Source of the DNA: Eledone cirrhosa
Taxonomy: Eukaryota
Reading direction: 5' to 3'
Assembly (NCBI GenBank): GCA_964016885.1
Contig: OZ024741.1
Location: 55,676,001-55,740,000 of the forward strand
Length of the DNA stretch: 64,000 nt
Position numbers and translations under genes: made by a program. The notes under the pieces are model-generated. The model did no database searches, was not told the DNA's origin, and worked only from the letters and a program-made list of their open reading frames with translations. Each line of letters starts with the position of its first letter. The first letter of the stretch is position 1. Shown piece by piece: positions 13,701 to 28,700 of this stretch.

Positions 13701-16700
13701 ACACTGTGTCAATCTATCCAGCCAACAACTACACACTGTGTCAATCTATCCAGCCAACAACTACACACTGTGTCAATCTATCCAGTCAACAACTACACAC
13801 TGTGTCAATCTATCCAGTCAACAACTAGACACTGTGTCAATCTATCCAACCCACAACTACACACTGTGTCAATCTATCCAGCCAACAACTACACACTGTG
13901 TCAATCTATCCAGCCAACAACTACACACTGTGTCAATCTATCCAGTCAACATCTACACTGTGTCAATCTATCCAGTCAACAACTACACACTGTATAAATC
14001 TATCCAGTCAACAACTACACACTGTGTTAAACTATCCAGCCAACAACTACACACTGTGTCAATCTATCCAGTCAACATCTACACTGTGTCAATCTATCCA
14101 GTCAACAACTACACACTGTGTCAATCTATTCAGTCAACAACTACACAGTGTCTATCTATCCAGCTAACAACTACACAGTGTCTATCTATCCAGCCAACAA
14201 CTACACACTGTGTCAATCTATCCTGTCAACAACTACACACTGTGTCAATCTATTCAGTCAACAACTACACTGTGTCAATCTATCCAGCCAACAACTACAC
14301 TGTGTCAATCTATCCAGCTAACAACTACACTGTGTCTATCTATCCAGTCAGCAACTACACAGAGTGTTTATCTATCCAGTCAACAACTACACACTGTGTC
14401 AATCTATCCAGTCAACAACTACACAGTGTCTATCTATCCAGTCAACAACTACACAGTGTCTATCTATCCAGTCAACAACTACACACTGTGTCTATATATC
14501 CAGTCAGCAACTACACACTCTGTCAATCTATCCACCCAACAACTACACAGTGTCTATCTATCCAGTCAACAACTACACAGTGTCTATCTATCCACTCAAC
14601 AACTACACACTGTGTCTATATATCCAGTCAACAACTACACACTCTGTCAATCTATCCAGTCAACAACTACACAGTGTCTATCTATCCAGTCAACAACTAC
14701 ACAGTGTCTATCTATCCAGTCCATAACTACACACTGTGTCTATATATCCAGTCAACAACTACACAGTGCCTATCTATCCAGTCAACAACTACGCACTGTG
14801 TCAATCTATCCAGCCAACAACAACACACTGTGTCAATCTATCCAACCAACAACTACACACTATGTCAATCTATCCAGTCAACAACTACACACTGTGTCAA
14901 TCTATCCAATCAACAACTACACACTGTGTCTATATATCCAGCCAACAACTACACACTGTGTCAATCTATCCAGTCAACAACTACACACTGTGTAAATCTA
15001 TCCAGTCAACAACTACACACTGTGTTAAACTATCCAGTCAACAACTACGCACTGTGTCAATCTATCCAGCCAACAACAACACACTGTGTCAATCTATCCA
15101 ACCCACAACTACACACTGTGTCAATCTATCCAGCCAACAACTACACACTGTGTCAATCTATCCAGCCAACAACTACACACTATGTCAATCTATCCAGTCA
15201 ACATCTACACTGTGTCAATCTATCCAGTCAACAACTACACACTGTGTAAATCTATCCAGTCAACAACTACACACTGTGTTAAACTATCCAGCCAACAACT
15301 ACACACTGTGTCAATCTATCCAGTCAACATCTACACTGTGTCAATCTATCCAGTCAACAACTACACACTGTGTCAATCTATTCAGTCAACAACTACACAG
15401 TGTCTATCTATCCAGCTAACAACTACACAGTGTCTATCTATCCAGCCAACAACTACACACTGTGTCAAACTATCCTGTCAACAACTACACACTGTGTCAA
15501 TCTATTCAGTCAACAACTACACTGTGTCAATCTATCCAGCCAACAACTACACTGTGTCTATCTATCCAGTCAGCAACTACACAGAGTGTTTATCTATCCA
15601 GTCAACAAATACACACTGTGTCAATCTATCCAGTCAACACCTACACATTGCCTATCTATCCAGTCAACAACTACACAGTATCTATCTATCCAGTCAACAA
15701 CTACAGTGTCAATCTATCCAGTCAAAAACTACACTGTGTCAATCTATCCAGTCAACAACTACAGTGTCTATATATCCAGTCAACAACTACACACTGTGTC
15801 TATCTATCCTGTCAACAACTACACAGTGTCTATATACCTAGTCAACAACTACACACTGTGTCTATCTATCCTGTCAACAACTACACAGTGTAAATCTATC
15901 CAGTCAACAACTACACAGAGTCTATCTATCCAGTCAACAACTACACAGTGTCTATATATCCAGTCGACATCTACACACTGTGTCAATCTATCCAGTCGAC
16001 ATCTACACACTGTGTCAATCTATCCAGTGAACAACTACACAATGTCTATATATCCAGTCAACATCTACACACTGTGTCGATCTATCCTGTCAACAACTAG
16101 ACAGTGTCTATATATCCAGTCAACAACTACACACTGTGTCAATCTATCCAGTCAAAATCTACACACTGTCTCAATCTATCCAGTGAACACCTACACAGTT
16201 TTTATATATCCAGTCAACAACTACACACTGTGTCAATCTATCCAGTCAACAACTACACAGTGTCTATCTATCCAGTTAACCACTACACACTGTGTCAATC
16301 TATCCAGTCAACAACTACACACTGTGTCAATCTATCCAGCCAACAACTACACACTGTGTCAATCTATCCAGCCAACAACTACACACTGTGTCAATCTATC
16401 CAGTCAACAACTACACACTGTGTCAATCTATCCAACCCACAACTACACAGTGTCAATCTATCCAGCCAACAACAACACACAGTGTCAATCTATCCAGACA
16501 ACAACTACACACTGTGTCAATCTATCCAGCCAACAACTACACACTGAGTCAATCTATCCAGTCAACAACTACACAGTGTCTATCTATCCAGTCAACAACT
16601 ACACAGTGTCTATCTATCCAGCCAACATCTACACACTGTGTCAATCTATCCAGTCAACAACTACACACTGTGTCAATCTATCCAGTCAACAACTACACAC

Positions 16701-19700
16701 TGTGTCAATCTATCCAACCCACAACTACACAGTGTCAATCTATCCAGCCAACAACTACACACTGTGTCAATCTATCCAGCCAACAACTAAACACTGAGTC
16801 AATCTATCCAGTCAACAACTACACAGTGTCTATCTATCCAGTCAACAACTACACAGTGTCTATCTATCCAGTCAACAACTACACAGTGTCTATCTATCCA
16901 GCCAACATCTACACAGTGTCAATCTATCCAGTCAACAACTACACACTGTGTCAATCTATCCAGTCAACAACTACACACTGTGTCAATCTATCCAACCCAC
17001 AACTACACACTGTGTCAATTTATCCAGCCAACAACTACACACTCTGTCAATCTATCCAGCCAACAACTACACAGTGTCTATCTATCCAGTCAACAGCTAC
17101 ACAGTGTCTATCTATCCAGTCAACAACTACACACTGTGTCAATCTATTCAGTCAACAACTACACAGTGTCTATCTATCCAGCTAACAACTACACAGTGTC
17201 TATCTATCCAGCCAACAACTACACACTGTGTCAAACTATCCTGTCAACAACTACACACTGTGTCAATCTATTCAGTCAACAACTACACTGTGTCAATCTA
17301 TCCAGCCAACAACTACACAGTGTCTATCTATCCAGTCAACAACTACACAGTGTCTATCTATCCAGTCAACAACTACACACTGTGTCTATATATCCAGTCA
17401 ACAACTACACACTCTGTCAATCTATCCAGTCAACAACTACACAGTGTCTATCTATCCAGTCAACAACTACACAGTGTCTATCTATCCAGTCAACAACTAC
17501 ACACTGTGTCTATATATCCAGTCAACAACTACACAGTGCCTATCTATCCAGTCAACAACTACGCACTGTGTCAATCTATCCAGCCAACAACAACACACTG
17601 TGTCAATCTATCCAGCCAACAACTACACACTGTGTCAATCTATCCAGTCAACAACTACACACTGTGTCAATCTATACAGTCAACAACTACACACTGTGTC
17701 TATATATCCAGCCAACAACTACACACTGTGTCAATCTATCCAGTCAACAACTACACACTGTGTCTATATATCCAGCCAACAACTACACACTGTGTCAATC
17801 TATCCAGTCAACAACTACACACTGTGTCAATCTATCCAGCCAACAACAACACACTGTGTCAATCTATCCAGCCAACAACTACACACTGTGTCAATCTATC
17901 CAGCCAACAACTACACACTGTGTCAATCTATCCAGTCAACAACTACACACTGTGTCAATCTATCCAGTCAACAACTAGACACTGTGTCAATCTATCCAAC
18001 CCACAACTACACACTGTGTCAATCTATCCAGCCAACAAATACACACTGTGTCAATCTATCCAGCCAACAACTACACACTGTGTCAATCTATCCAGTCAAC
18101 ATCTACACTGTGTCAATCTATCCAGTCAACAACTACACACTGTATAAATCTATCCAGTCAACAACTACACACTGTGTTAAACTATCCAGCCAACAACTAC
18201 ACACTGTGTCAATCTATCCAGTCAACATCTACACTGTGTCAATCTATCCAGTCAACAACTACACACTGTGTCAATCTATTCAGTCAACAACTACACAGTG
18301 TCTATCTATCCAGCTAACAACTACACAGTGTCTATCTATCCAGCCAACAACTACACACTGTGTCAATCTATCCTGTCAACAACTACACACTGTGTCAATC
18401 TATTCAGTCAACAACTACACTGTGTCAATCTATCCAGCCAACAACTACACTGTGTCAATCTATCCAGCTAACAACTACACAGTGTCTATCTATCCAGTCA
18501 GCAACTACACAGAGTGTTTATCTATCCAGTCAACAACTACACACTGTGTCAATCTATCCAGTCAACAACTACACAGTGTCTATCTATCCAGTCAACAACT
18601 ACACAGTGTCTATCTATCCAGTCAACAACTACACACTGTGTCTATATATCCAGTCAACAACTACACACTCTGTCAATCTATCCACCCAACAACTACACAG
18701 TGTCTATCTATCCAGTCAACAACTACACAGTGTCTATCTATCCACTCAACAACTACACACTGTGTCTATATATCCAGTCAACAACTACACACTCTGTCAA
18801 TCTATCCAGTCAACAACTACACAGTGTCTATCTATCCAGTCAACAACTACACAGTGTCTATCTATCCAGTCCATAACTACACACTGTGTCTATATATCCA
18901 GTCAACAACTACACAGTGCCTATCTATCCAGTCAACAACTACGCACTGTGTCAATCTATCCAGCCAACAACAACACACTGTGTCAATCTATCCAGCCAAC
19001 AACTACACACTATGTCAATCTATCCAGTCAACAACTACACACTGTGTCAATCTATCCAATCAACAACTACACACTGTGTCTATATATCCAGCCAACAACT
19101 ACACACTGTGTCAATCTATCCAGTCAACAACTACACACTGTGTCAATCTATCCAATCAACAACTACACACTGTGTCTATATATCCAGCCAACAACTACAC
19201 ACTGTGTCAATCTATCCAGTCAACAACTACACACTGTGTCAATCTATCCAGCAAACAACAACACACTGTGTCAATCTATCCAGCCAACAACTACACACTG
19301 TGTCAATCTATCCAGCCAACAACTACACACTGTGTCAATCTATCCAGTCAACATCTACACTGTGTCAATCTATCCAGTCAACAACTACACACTGTGTCAA
19401 TCTATTCAGTCAACAACTACACAGTGTCTATCTATCCAGCTAACAGCTACACAGTGTCTATCTATCCAGCCAACAACTACACACTGTGTCAATCTATCCT
19501 GTCAACAACTACACACTGTGTCAATCTATTCAGTCAACAACTACACTGTGTCAATCTATCCAGCCAACAACTACACTGTGTCAATCTATCCAGCTAACAA
19601 CTACACAGTGTCTACCTATCCAGTCAGCAACTACACAGAGTGTTTATCTATCCAGTCAACAAATACACACTGTGTCAATATATCCAGTCAACACCTACAC

Positions 19701-22700
19701 ATTGCCTATCTATCCAGTCAACAACTACACAGTATCTATCTATCCAGTCAACAACTACACAGTGTCAATCTATCCAGTCAAAAACTACACTGTGTCAATC
19801 TATCCAGTCAACAACTACAGTGTCTATATATCCAGTCAACAACTACACACTGTGTCTATCTATCCTGTCAACAACTACACAGTGTCTATATACCTAGTCA
19901 ACAACTACACACTGTGTCTATCTATCCTGTCAACAACTACACAGTGTAAATCTATCCAGTCAACAACTACACAGAGTCTATCTATCCAGTCAACAACTAC
20001 ACAGTGTCTATATATCCAGTCGACATCTACACACTGTGTCAATCCATCCAGTCGACATCTACACACTGTGTCAATCTATCCAGTGAACAACTACACAATG
20101 TCTATATATCCAGTCAACATCTACACACTGTGTCAATCTATCCTGTCAACAACTAGACAGTGTCTATATATCCAGTCAACAACTACACACTGTGTCAATC
20201 TATCCAGTCAAAATCTACACACTGTGTCAATCTATCCAGTGAACACCTACACAGTTTTTATATATCCAGTCAACAACTACACACTGTGTCAATCTATCCA
20301 GTCAACAACTACACAGTGTCTATCTATCCAGTTAACCACTACACACTGTGTCAATCTATCCAGTCAACAACTACACACTGTGTCAATCTATCCAGCCAAC
20401 AACTACACACTGTGTCAATCTATCCAGCCAACAACTACACACTGTGTCAATCTATCCAGTCAACAACTACACACTGTGTCAATCTATCCAGTCAACAACT
20501 ACACACTGTGTCAATCTATCCAACCCACAACTACACAGTGTCAATCTATCCAGCCAACAACAACACACAGTGTCAATCTATCCAGCCAACAACTACACAC
20601 TGTGTCAATCTATCCAGCCAACAACTACACACTGAGTCAATCTATCCAGTCAACAACTACACAGTGTCTATCTATCCAGTCACCAACTACACAGTGTCTA
20701 TCTATCCAGTCAACAACTACACAGTGTCTATCTATCCAGCCAACATCTACACACTGTGTCAATCTATCCAGTCAACAACTACACACTGTGTCAATCTATC
20801 CAGTCAACAACTACACACTGTGTCAATCTATCCAACCCACAACTACACACTGTGTCAATTTATCCAGCCAACAACTACACACTCTGTCAATCTATCCAGC
20901 CAACAACTACACAGTGTCTATCTATCCAGTCAACAGCTACACAGTGTCTATCTATCCAGTCAACAACTACACACTGTGTCTATATATCCAGTCAACAACT
21001 ACACACCGTGTCAATCTAACCAGTCAACAACTACACAGTGTCTATCTATCCAGTCAACAACTACACAGTGTATATCTATCCAGTCAACAACTACACACTG
21101 TGTCTATATATCCAGTCAACAACTACACACTCTGTCAATCTATCCAGTCAACAACTACACAGTGTCTATCTATCCAGTCAACAACTACACAGTGTCTATC
21201 TATCCAGTCAACAACTACACACTGTGTCTATATATCCAGTCAACAACTACACAGTGCCTATCTATCCAGTCAACAACTACGCACTGTGTCAATCTATCCA
21301 GCCAACAACAACACACTGTGTCAATCTATCCAGCCAACAACTACACACTGTGTCAATCTATCCAGTCAACAACTACACACTGTGTCAATCTATCCAGTCA
21401 ACAACTACACACTGTGTCTATATATCCAGCCAACAACTACACACTGTGTCAATCTATCCAGTCAACAACTACACACTGTGTCTATATATCCAGCCAACAA
21501 CTACACACTGTGTCAATCTATCCAGTCAACAACTACACACTGTGTCAATCTATCCAGCCAACAACAACACACTGTGTCAATCTATCCAGCCAACAACTAC
21601 ACACTGTGTCAATCTATCCAGCCAACAACTACACACTGTGTCAATCTATCCAGTCAACATCTACACACTGTGTCAATCTATCCAGTCAACAACTAGACAC
21701 TGTGTCAATCTATCCAACCCACAACTACACGCTGTGTCAATCTATCCAGCCAACAACTACACACTGTGTCAATCTATCCAGCCAACAACTACACACTGTG
21801 TCAATCTATTCAGTCAACATCTACACTGTGTCAATCTATCCAGTCAACAACTACACACTGTATAAATCTATCCAGTCAACAACTACACACTGTGTTAAAC
21901 TATCCAGCCAACAACTACACACTGTGTCAATCTATCCAGTCAACATCTCCACTGTGTCAATCTATCCAGTCAACAACTACACACTGTGTCAATCTATTCA
22001 GTCAACAACTACACAGTGTCTATCTATCCAGCTAACAACTACACAGTGTCTATCTATCCAGCCAACAACTACACACTGTGTCAATCTATCCTGTCAACAA
22101 CTACACACTGTGTCAATCTATTCAGTCAACAACTACATTGTGTCAATCTATCCAGCCAACAACTACACTGTGTCAATCTATCCAGCTAACAACTACACAG
22201 TGTCTATCTATCCAGTCAGCAACTACACAGAGTGTTTATCTATCCAGTCAACAAATACACACTGTGTCAATCTATCCAGTCAACACCTACACATTGCCTA
22301 TCTATCCAGTCAACAACTACACAGTATCTATCTATCCAGTCAACAACTACACAGTGTCAATCTATCCAGTCAAAAACTACACTGTGTCAATCTATCCAGT
22401 CAACAACTACAGTGTCTATCTATCCTGTCAACAACTACACAGTGTAAATCTATCCAGTCAACAACTACACAGAGTCTATCTATCCAGTCAACAACTACAC
22501 ACTGTGTCTATATATCCAGTCGACATCTACACACTGTGTCAATCTATCCAGTCGACATCTACACACTGTGTCAATCTATCCAGTGAACAACTACACAATG
22601 TCTATATATCCAGTCAACATCTACACACTGTGTCAATCTATCCTGTCAACAACTAGACAGTGTCTATATATCCAGTCAACAACTACACACTGTGTCAGTC

Positions 22701-25700
22701 TATCCAGTCAAAATCTACACACTGTGTCAATCTATCCAGTGAACACCTACACAGTTTTTATATATCCAGTCAACAACTACACACTGTGTCAATCTATCCA
22801 GTCAACAACTACACAGTGTCTATCTATCCAGTTAACCACTACACACTGTGTCAATCTATCCAGTCAGCAACTACACACTGAGTCAATCTATCCAGTCAAC
22901 AACTAAACACTGTGTCAATCTATCCAGTCAACAACTACACAGTGTCTATCTATCCAGTCAACAACTACAGAGTGTCTATATATCCAGTCAACAACTACAC
23001 AGTGTCTATCTATCCAGTCAACACCTACACAGTGTCTATCTCTCCAGTCAACAACTACACACTGTATCAATCTATCCAGTCAACAACTACACAGTGTCTA
23101 TCTATCGAGTCAACAACTACACACGGTGTCAATCTATCCAGTCAACAGCTACACAGTGTCTATATATCTAGTCAACAACTACACACTGTGTCTATCTATC
23201 CTGTCAACAACTACACAGTGTTCATCTCTCCAGTCAACAACTACAGAGTGTCTATCTATCCAGTCAACATCTACACACTGTGTCAATCTATCCAGTGAAC
23301 AACTACACAGTGTCTATATATATCCAGTCAACAACTACACAGTATCTATCTATCCAGTCAACATCTACACACTGTGTCAATCTATCAAGTCAAAAATTAC
23401 ACAGTGTCTATATATCCAGTAAACATCTACACACTGTGTCAATCTATCCAGTCGACAACTACACAGTGTCTATATATCCAGTCAACATCTACACACTGCG
23501 TCAATCTATCCAGTCAACAACTACACGCTGTGTCAATCTATCAAGTCAACAACTACACACTGTGTCAATCTATCCAGTCAATAACTACACAGTATCTATC
23601 TATCCAGTCAACAACTGCACAGTGACTATCTATCCAGTCAACATCTACACACTGTGTCAATCTATCCAGCCAACAACAACACACTGTGTCAATCTATCCA
23701 GCCATCAACTACACACTGTGTCAATCTATCCAGCCAACAACAACACACTGTGTCAATCTATCCAGCCAACAACTACACAATGTGTCAATCTATGCAGTCA
23801 ACAACTACACAGTGTCTATCTATCCAGTCAACATCTACACACTGTGTCAATCTATCCAGCCAACAACTACACTCTGTGTCAATTTATCCAGTCAATAACT
23901 ACACAGTATATATCTATCCAGTCAACAACTGCACAGTGTCTATCTATCCAGTCAACATCTACACACTGTGTCAATCTATCCAGCCAAAAATCTATCCAGT
24001 CAACAACTACATAGTGTCTATATATCCAGTCAACAACTACATAGTGTCAATCTATCCAGTCAACAACTACACTGTGTCAATCTATCCAGTCAACAACTAC
24101 ACACTGTGTCAATCTATCCAGCCAACAACTACACACTGTGTCTATCTATCCAGCCAACAATTACACAGTGTCTATCTATCCAACCCACAACTACACACTG
24201 TGTCAATCTATCCAGCCAACAATTACACAGTGTCTATCTATCCAACCCACAACTACACACTGTGTCAATCTATCCAGTCAACAACTACACAGTGTCTATC
24301 TATCCAGTCAACAACTACATAGTGTCTATATATCCAGTCAACAACTACACTCTGTGTCAATCTATCCAGTCAACACCTACACAGTGTCTATCTCTCCAGT
24401 CAACAACTACACACTGTATCAATCTATCCAGTCAACAACTACACAGTGTCTATCTATCGAGTCAACAACTACACACTGTGTCAATCTATCCAGTCAACAG
24501 CTACACAGTGTCTATATATCTAGTCAACAACTACACACTGTGTCTATCTATCCTGTCAACAACTACACAGTGTCCATCTCTCCAGTCAACAACTACAGAG
24601 TGTCTATCTATCCAGTCAACATCTACACACTGTGTCAATCTATCCAGTGAACAACTACACAGTGTCTATATATATCCAGTCAACAACTACACAGTATCTA
24701 TCTATCCAGTCAACATCTACACACTGTGTCAATCTATCCAGTGAACAACTACACAGTGTCTATATATATCCAGTCAACAACTACACAGTATCTATCTATC
24801 CAGTCAACATCTACACACTGTGTCAATCTATCCAGTCAACAACTACACGCTGTGTCAATCTTTCCAGTCAACAACTACACACTGTGTCAATCTATCCAGT
24901 CAATAACTACACAGTATCTATCTATCCAGTCAACAATTGAACAGTGTCTATCTATCCAGTCAACATCTACACACTGTGTCAATGTATCCAGCCAACAACT
25001 ACACACTGTGTCAATCTATCCAGCCAACAACAACACACTGTGTCAATCTATCCAGCCAACAACAACACACTGTGTCAATCTATCCAGTCAACAACTACAC
25101 ACTGTTTAATCTATCCAGCCAACAACAACACAGTGTGTCAATCTATCCAGTCAACAACTACACAGTGTCTATCTATCCAGCCAACAACTACACACTGTGT
25201 CAATATATCCAGTCAACAACTACACACTGTGTCAATCTATCCAGCCAACAATCTATCCAGTCAACAACTACACAGTGTCTATCTATCCAGTCAACAACTA
25301 CACAGTGTCTATATATCCAGTCAACAACAACTACACACTGCGTCAATCTATCCAGTCAACAACTACACGCTGTGTCAATCTATCCAGTCAACAACTACAC
25401 ACTGTGTCAATCTATCCAGCCAACAACTACACACTGTGTCAATCTATCCAGTCAACAACTACACACTGTGTCAATATATCCAGTCAACAACTACACACTG
25501 TGTCAATCTATCCAGCCAACAATCTATCCAGTCAACAACTACACAGTGTCTATCTATCCAGTCAACAACTACACAGTGTCTATATATCCAGTCAACAACA
25601 TCTACACACTGTGTCAATCTATCCAGTCGACATCTACACACTGTGTCAATCTATCCAGTGAACAACTACACAATGTCTATATATCCAGTCAACATCTACA

Positions 25701-28700
25701 CACTGTGTCAATCTATCCTGTCAACAACTAGACAGTGTCTATATATCCAGTCAACAACTACACACTGTGTCAATCTATCCAGTCAAAATCTACACACTGT
25801 GTCAATCTATCCAGTGAACACCTACACAGTTTTTATATATCCAGTCAACAACTACACACTGTGTCAATCTATCCAGTCAACAACTACACAGTGTCTATCT
25901 ATCCAGTTAACCACTACACACTGTGTCAATCTATCCAGTCAGCAACTACACACTGAGTCAATCTATCCAGTCAACAACTAAACACTGTGTCAATCTATCC
26001 AGTCAACAACTACACAGTGTCTATCTATCCAGTCAACAACTACAGAGTGTCTATATATCCAGTCAACAACTACACAGTGTCTATCTATCCAGTCAACACC
26101 TACACAGTGTCTATCTCTCCAGTCAACAACTACACACTGTATCAATCTATCCAGTCAACAACTACACAGTGTCTATCTATCGAGTCAACAACTACACATG
26201 GTGTCAATCTATCCAGTCAACAGCTACACAGTGTCTATATATCTAGTCAACAACTACACACTGTGTCTATCTATCCTGTCAACAACTACACAGTGTTCAT
26301 CTCTCCAGTCAACAACTACAGAGTGTCTATCTATCCAGTCAACATCTACACACTGTGTCAATCTATCCAGTGAACAACTACACAGTGTCTATATATATCC
26401 AGTCAACAACTACACAGTATCTATCTATCCAGTCAACATCTACACACTGTGTCAATCTCTCAAGTCAAAAATTACACAGTGTCTATATATCCAGTAAACA
26501 TCTACACACTGTGTCAATCTATCCAGTCGACAACTACACAGTGTCTATATATCCAGTCAACATCTACACACTGCGTCAATCTATCCAGTCAACAACTACA
26601 CGCTGTGTCAATCTATCAAGTCAACAACTACACACTGTGTCAATCTATCCAGTCAATAACTACACAGTATCTATCTATCCAGTCAACAACTGCACAGTGA
26701 CTATCTATCCAGTCAACATCTACACACTGTGTCAATCTATCCAGCCAACAACAACACACTGTGTCAATCTATCCAGCCATCAACTACACACTGTGTCAAT
26801 CTATCCAGCCAACAACAACACACTGTGTCAATCTATCCAGCCAACAACTACACAATGTGTCAATCTATGCAGTCAACAACTACACAGTGTCTATCTATCC
26901 AGTCAACATCTACACACCGTGTCAATCTATCCAGCCAACAACTACACTCTGTGTCAATTTATCCAGTCAATAACTACACAGTATATATCTATCCAGTCAA
27001 CAACTGCACAGTGTCTATCTATCCAGTCAACATCTACACACTGTGTCAATCTATCCAGCCAAAAATCTATCCAGTCAACAACTACATAGTGTCTATATAT
27101 CCAGTCAACAACTACATAGTGTCAATCTATCCAGTCAACAACTACACTGTGTCAATCTATCCAGTCAACAACTACACACTGTGTCAATCTATCCAGCCAA
27201 CAACTACACACTGTGTCTATCTATCCAGCCAACAATTACACAGTGTCTATCTATCCAACCCACAACTACACACTGTGTCAATCTATCCAGCCAACAATTA
27301 CACAGTGTCTATCTATCCAACCCACAACTACACACTGTGTCAATCTATCCAGTCAACAACTACACAGTGTCTATCTATCCAGTCAACAACTACATAGTGT
27401 CTATATATCCAGTCAACAACTACACTCTGTGTCAATCTATCCAGTCAACACCTACACAGTGTCTATCTCTCCAGTCAACAACTACACACTGTATCAATCT
27501 ATCCAGTCAACAACTACACAGTGTCTATCTATCGAGTCAACAACTACACACTGTGTCAATCTATCCAGTCAACAGCTACACAGTGTCTATATATCTAGTC
27601 AACAACTACACACTGTGTCTATCTATCCTGTCAACAACTACACAGTGTCCATCTCTCCAGTCAACAACTACAGAGTGTCTATCTATCCAGTCAACATCTA
27701 CACACTGTGTCAATCTATCCAGTGAACAACTACACAGTGTCTATATATATCCAGTCAACAACTACACAGTATCTATCTATCCAGTCAACATCTACACACT
27801 GTGTCAATCTATCCAGTGAACAACTACACAGTGTCTATATATATCCAGTCAACAACTACACAGTATCTATCTATCCAGTCAACATCTACACACTGTGTCA
27901 ATCTATCCAGTCAACAACTACACGCTGTGTCAATCTTTCCAGTCAACAACTACACACTGTGTCAATCTATCCAGTCAATAACTACACAGTATCTATCTAT
28001 CCAGTCAACAATTGAACAGTGTCTATCTATCCAGTCAACATCTACACACTGTGTCAATGTATCCAGCCAACAACTACACACTGTGTCAATCTATCCAGCC
28101 AACAACAACACACTGTGTCAATCTATCCAGCCAACAACAACACACTGTGTCAATCTATCCAGTCAACAACTACACACTGTTTAATCTATCCAGCCAACAA
28201 CAACACAGTGTGTCAATCTATCCAGTCAACAACTACACAGTGTCTATCTATCCAGCCAACAACTACACACTGTGTCAATATATCCAGTCAACAACTACAC
28301 ACTGTGTCAATCTATCCAGCCAACAATCTATCCAGTCAACAACTACACAGTGTCTATCTATCCAGTCAACAACTACACAGTGTCTATATATCCAGTCAAC
28401 AACAACTACACACTGCGTCAATCTATCCAGTCAACAACTACACGCTGTGTCAATCTATCCAGTCAACAACTACACACTGTGTCAATCTATCCAGCCAACA
28501 ACTACACACTGTGTCAATCTATCCAGTCAACAACTACACACTGTGTCAATATATCCAGTCAACAACTACACACTGTGTCAATCTATCCAGCCAACAATCT
28601 ATCCAGTCAACAACTACACAGTGTCTATCTATCCAGTCAACAACTACACAGTGTCTATATATCCAGTCAACAACATCTACACACTGTGTCAATCTATCCA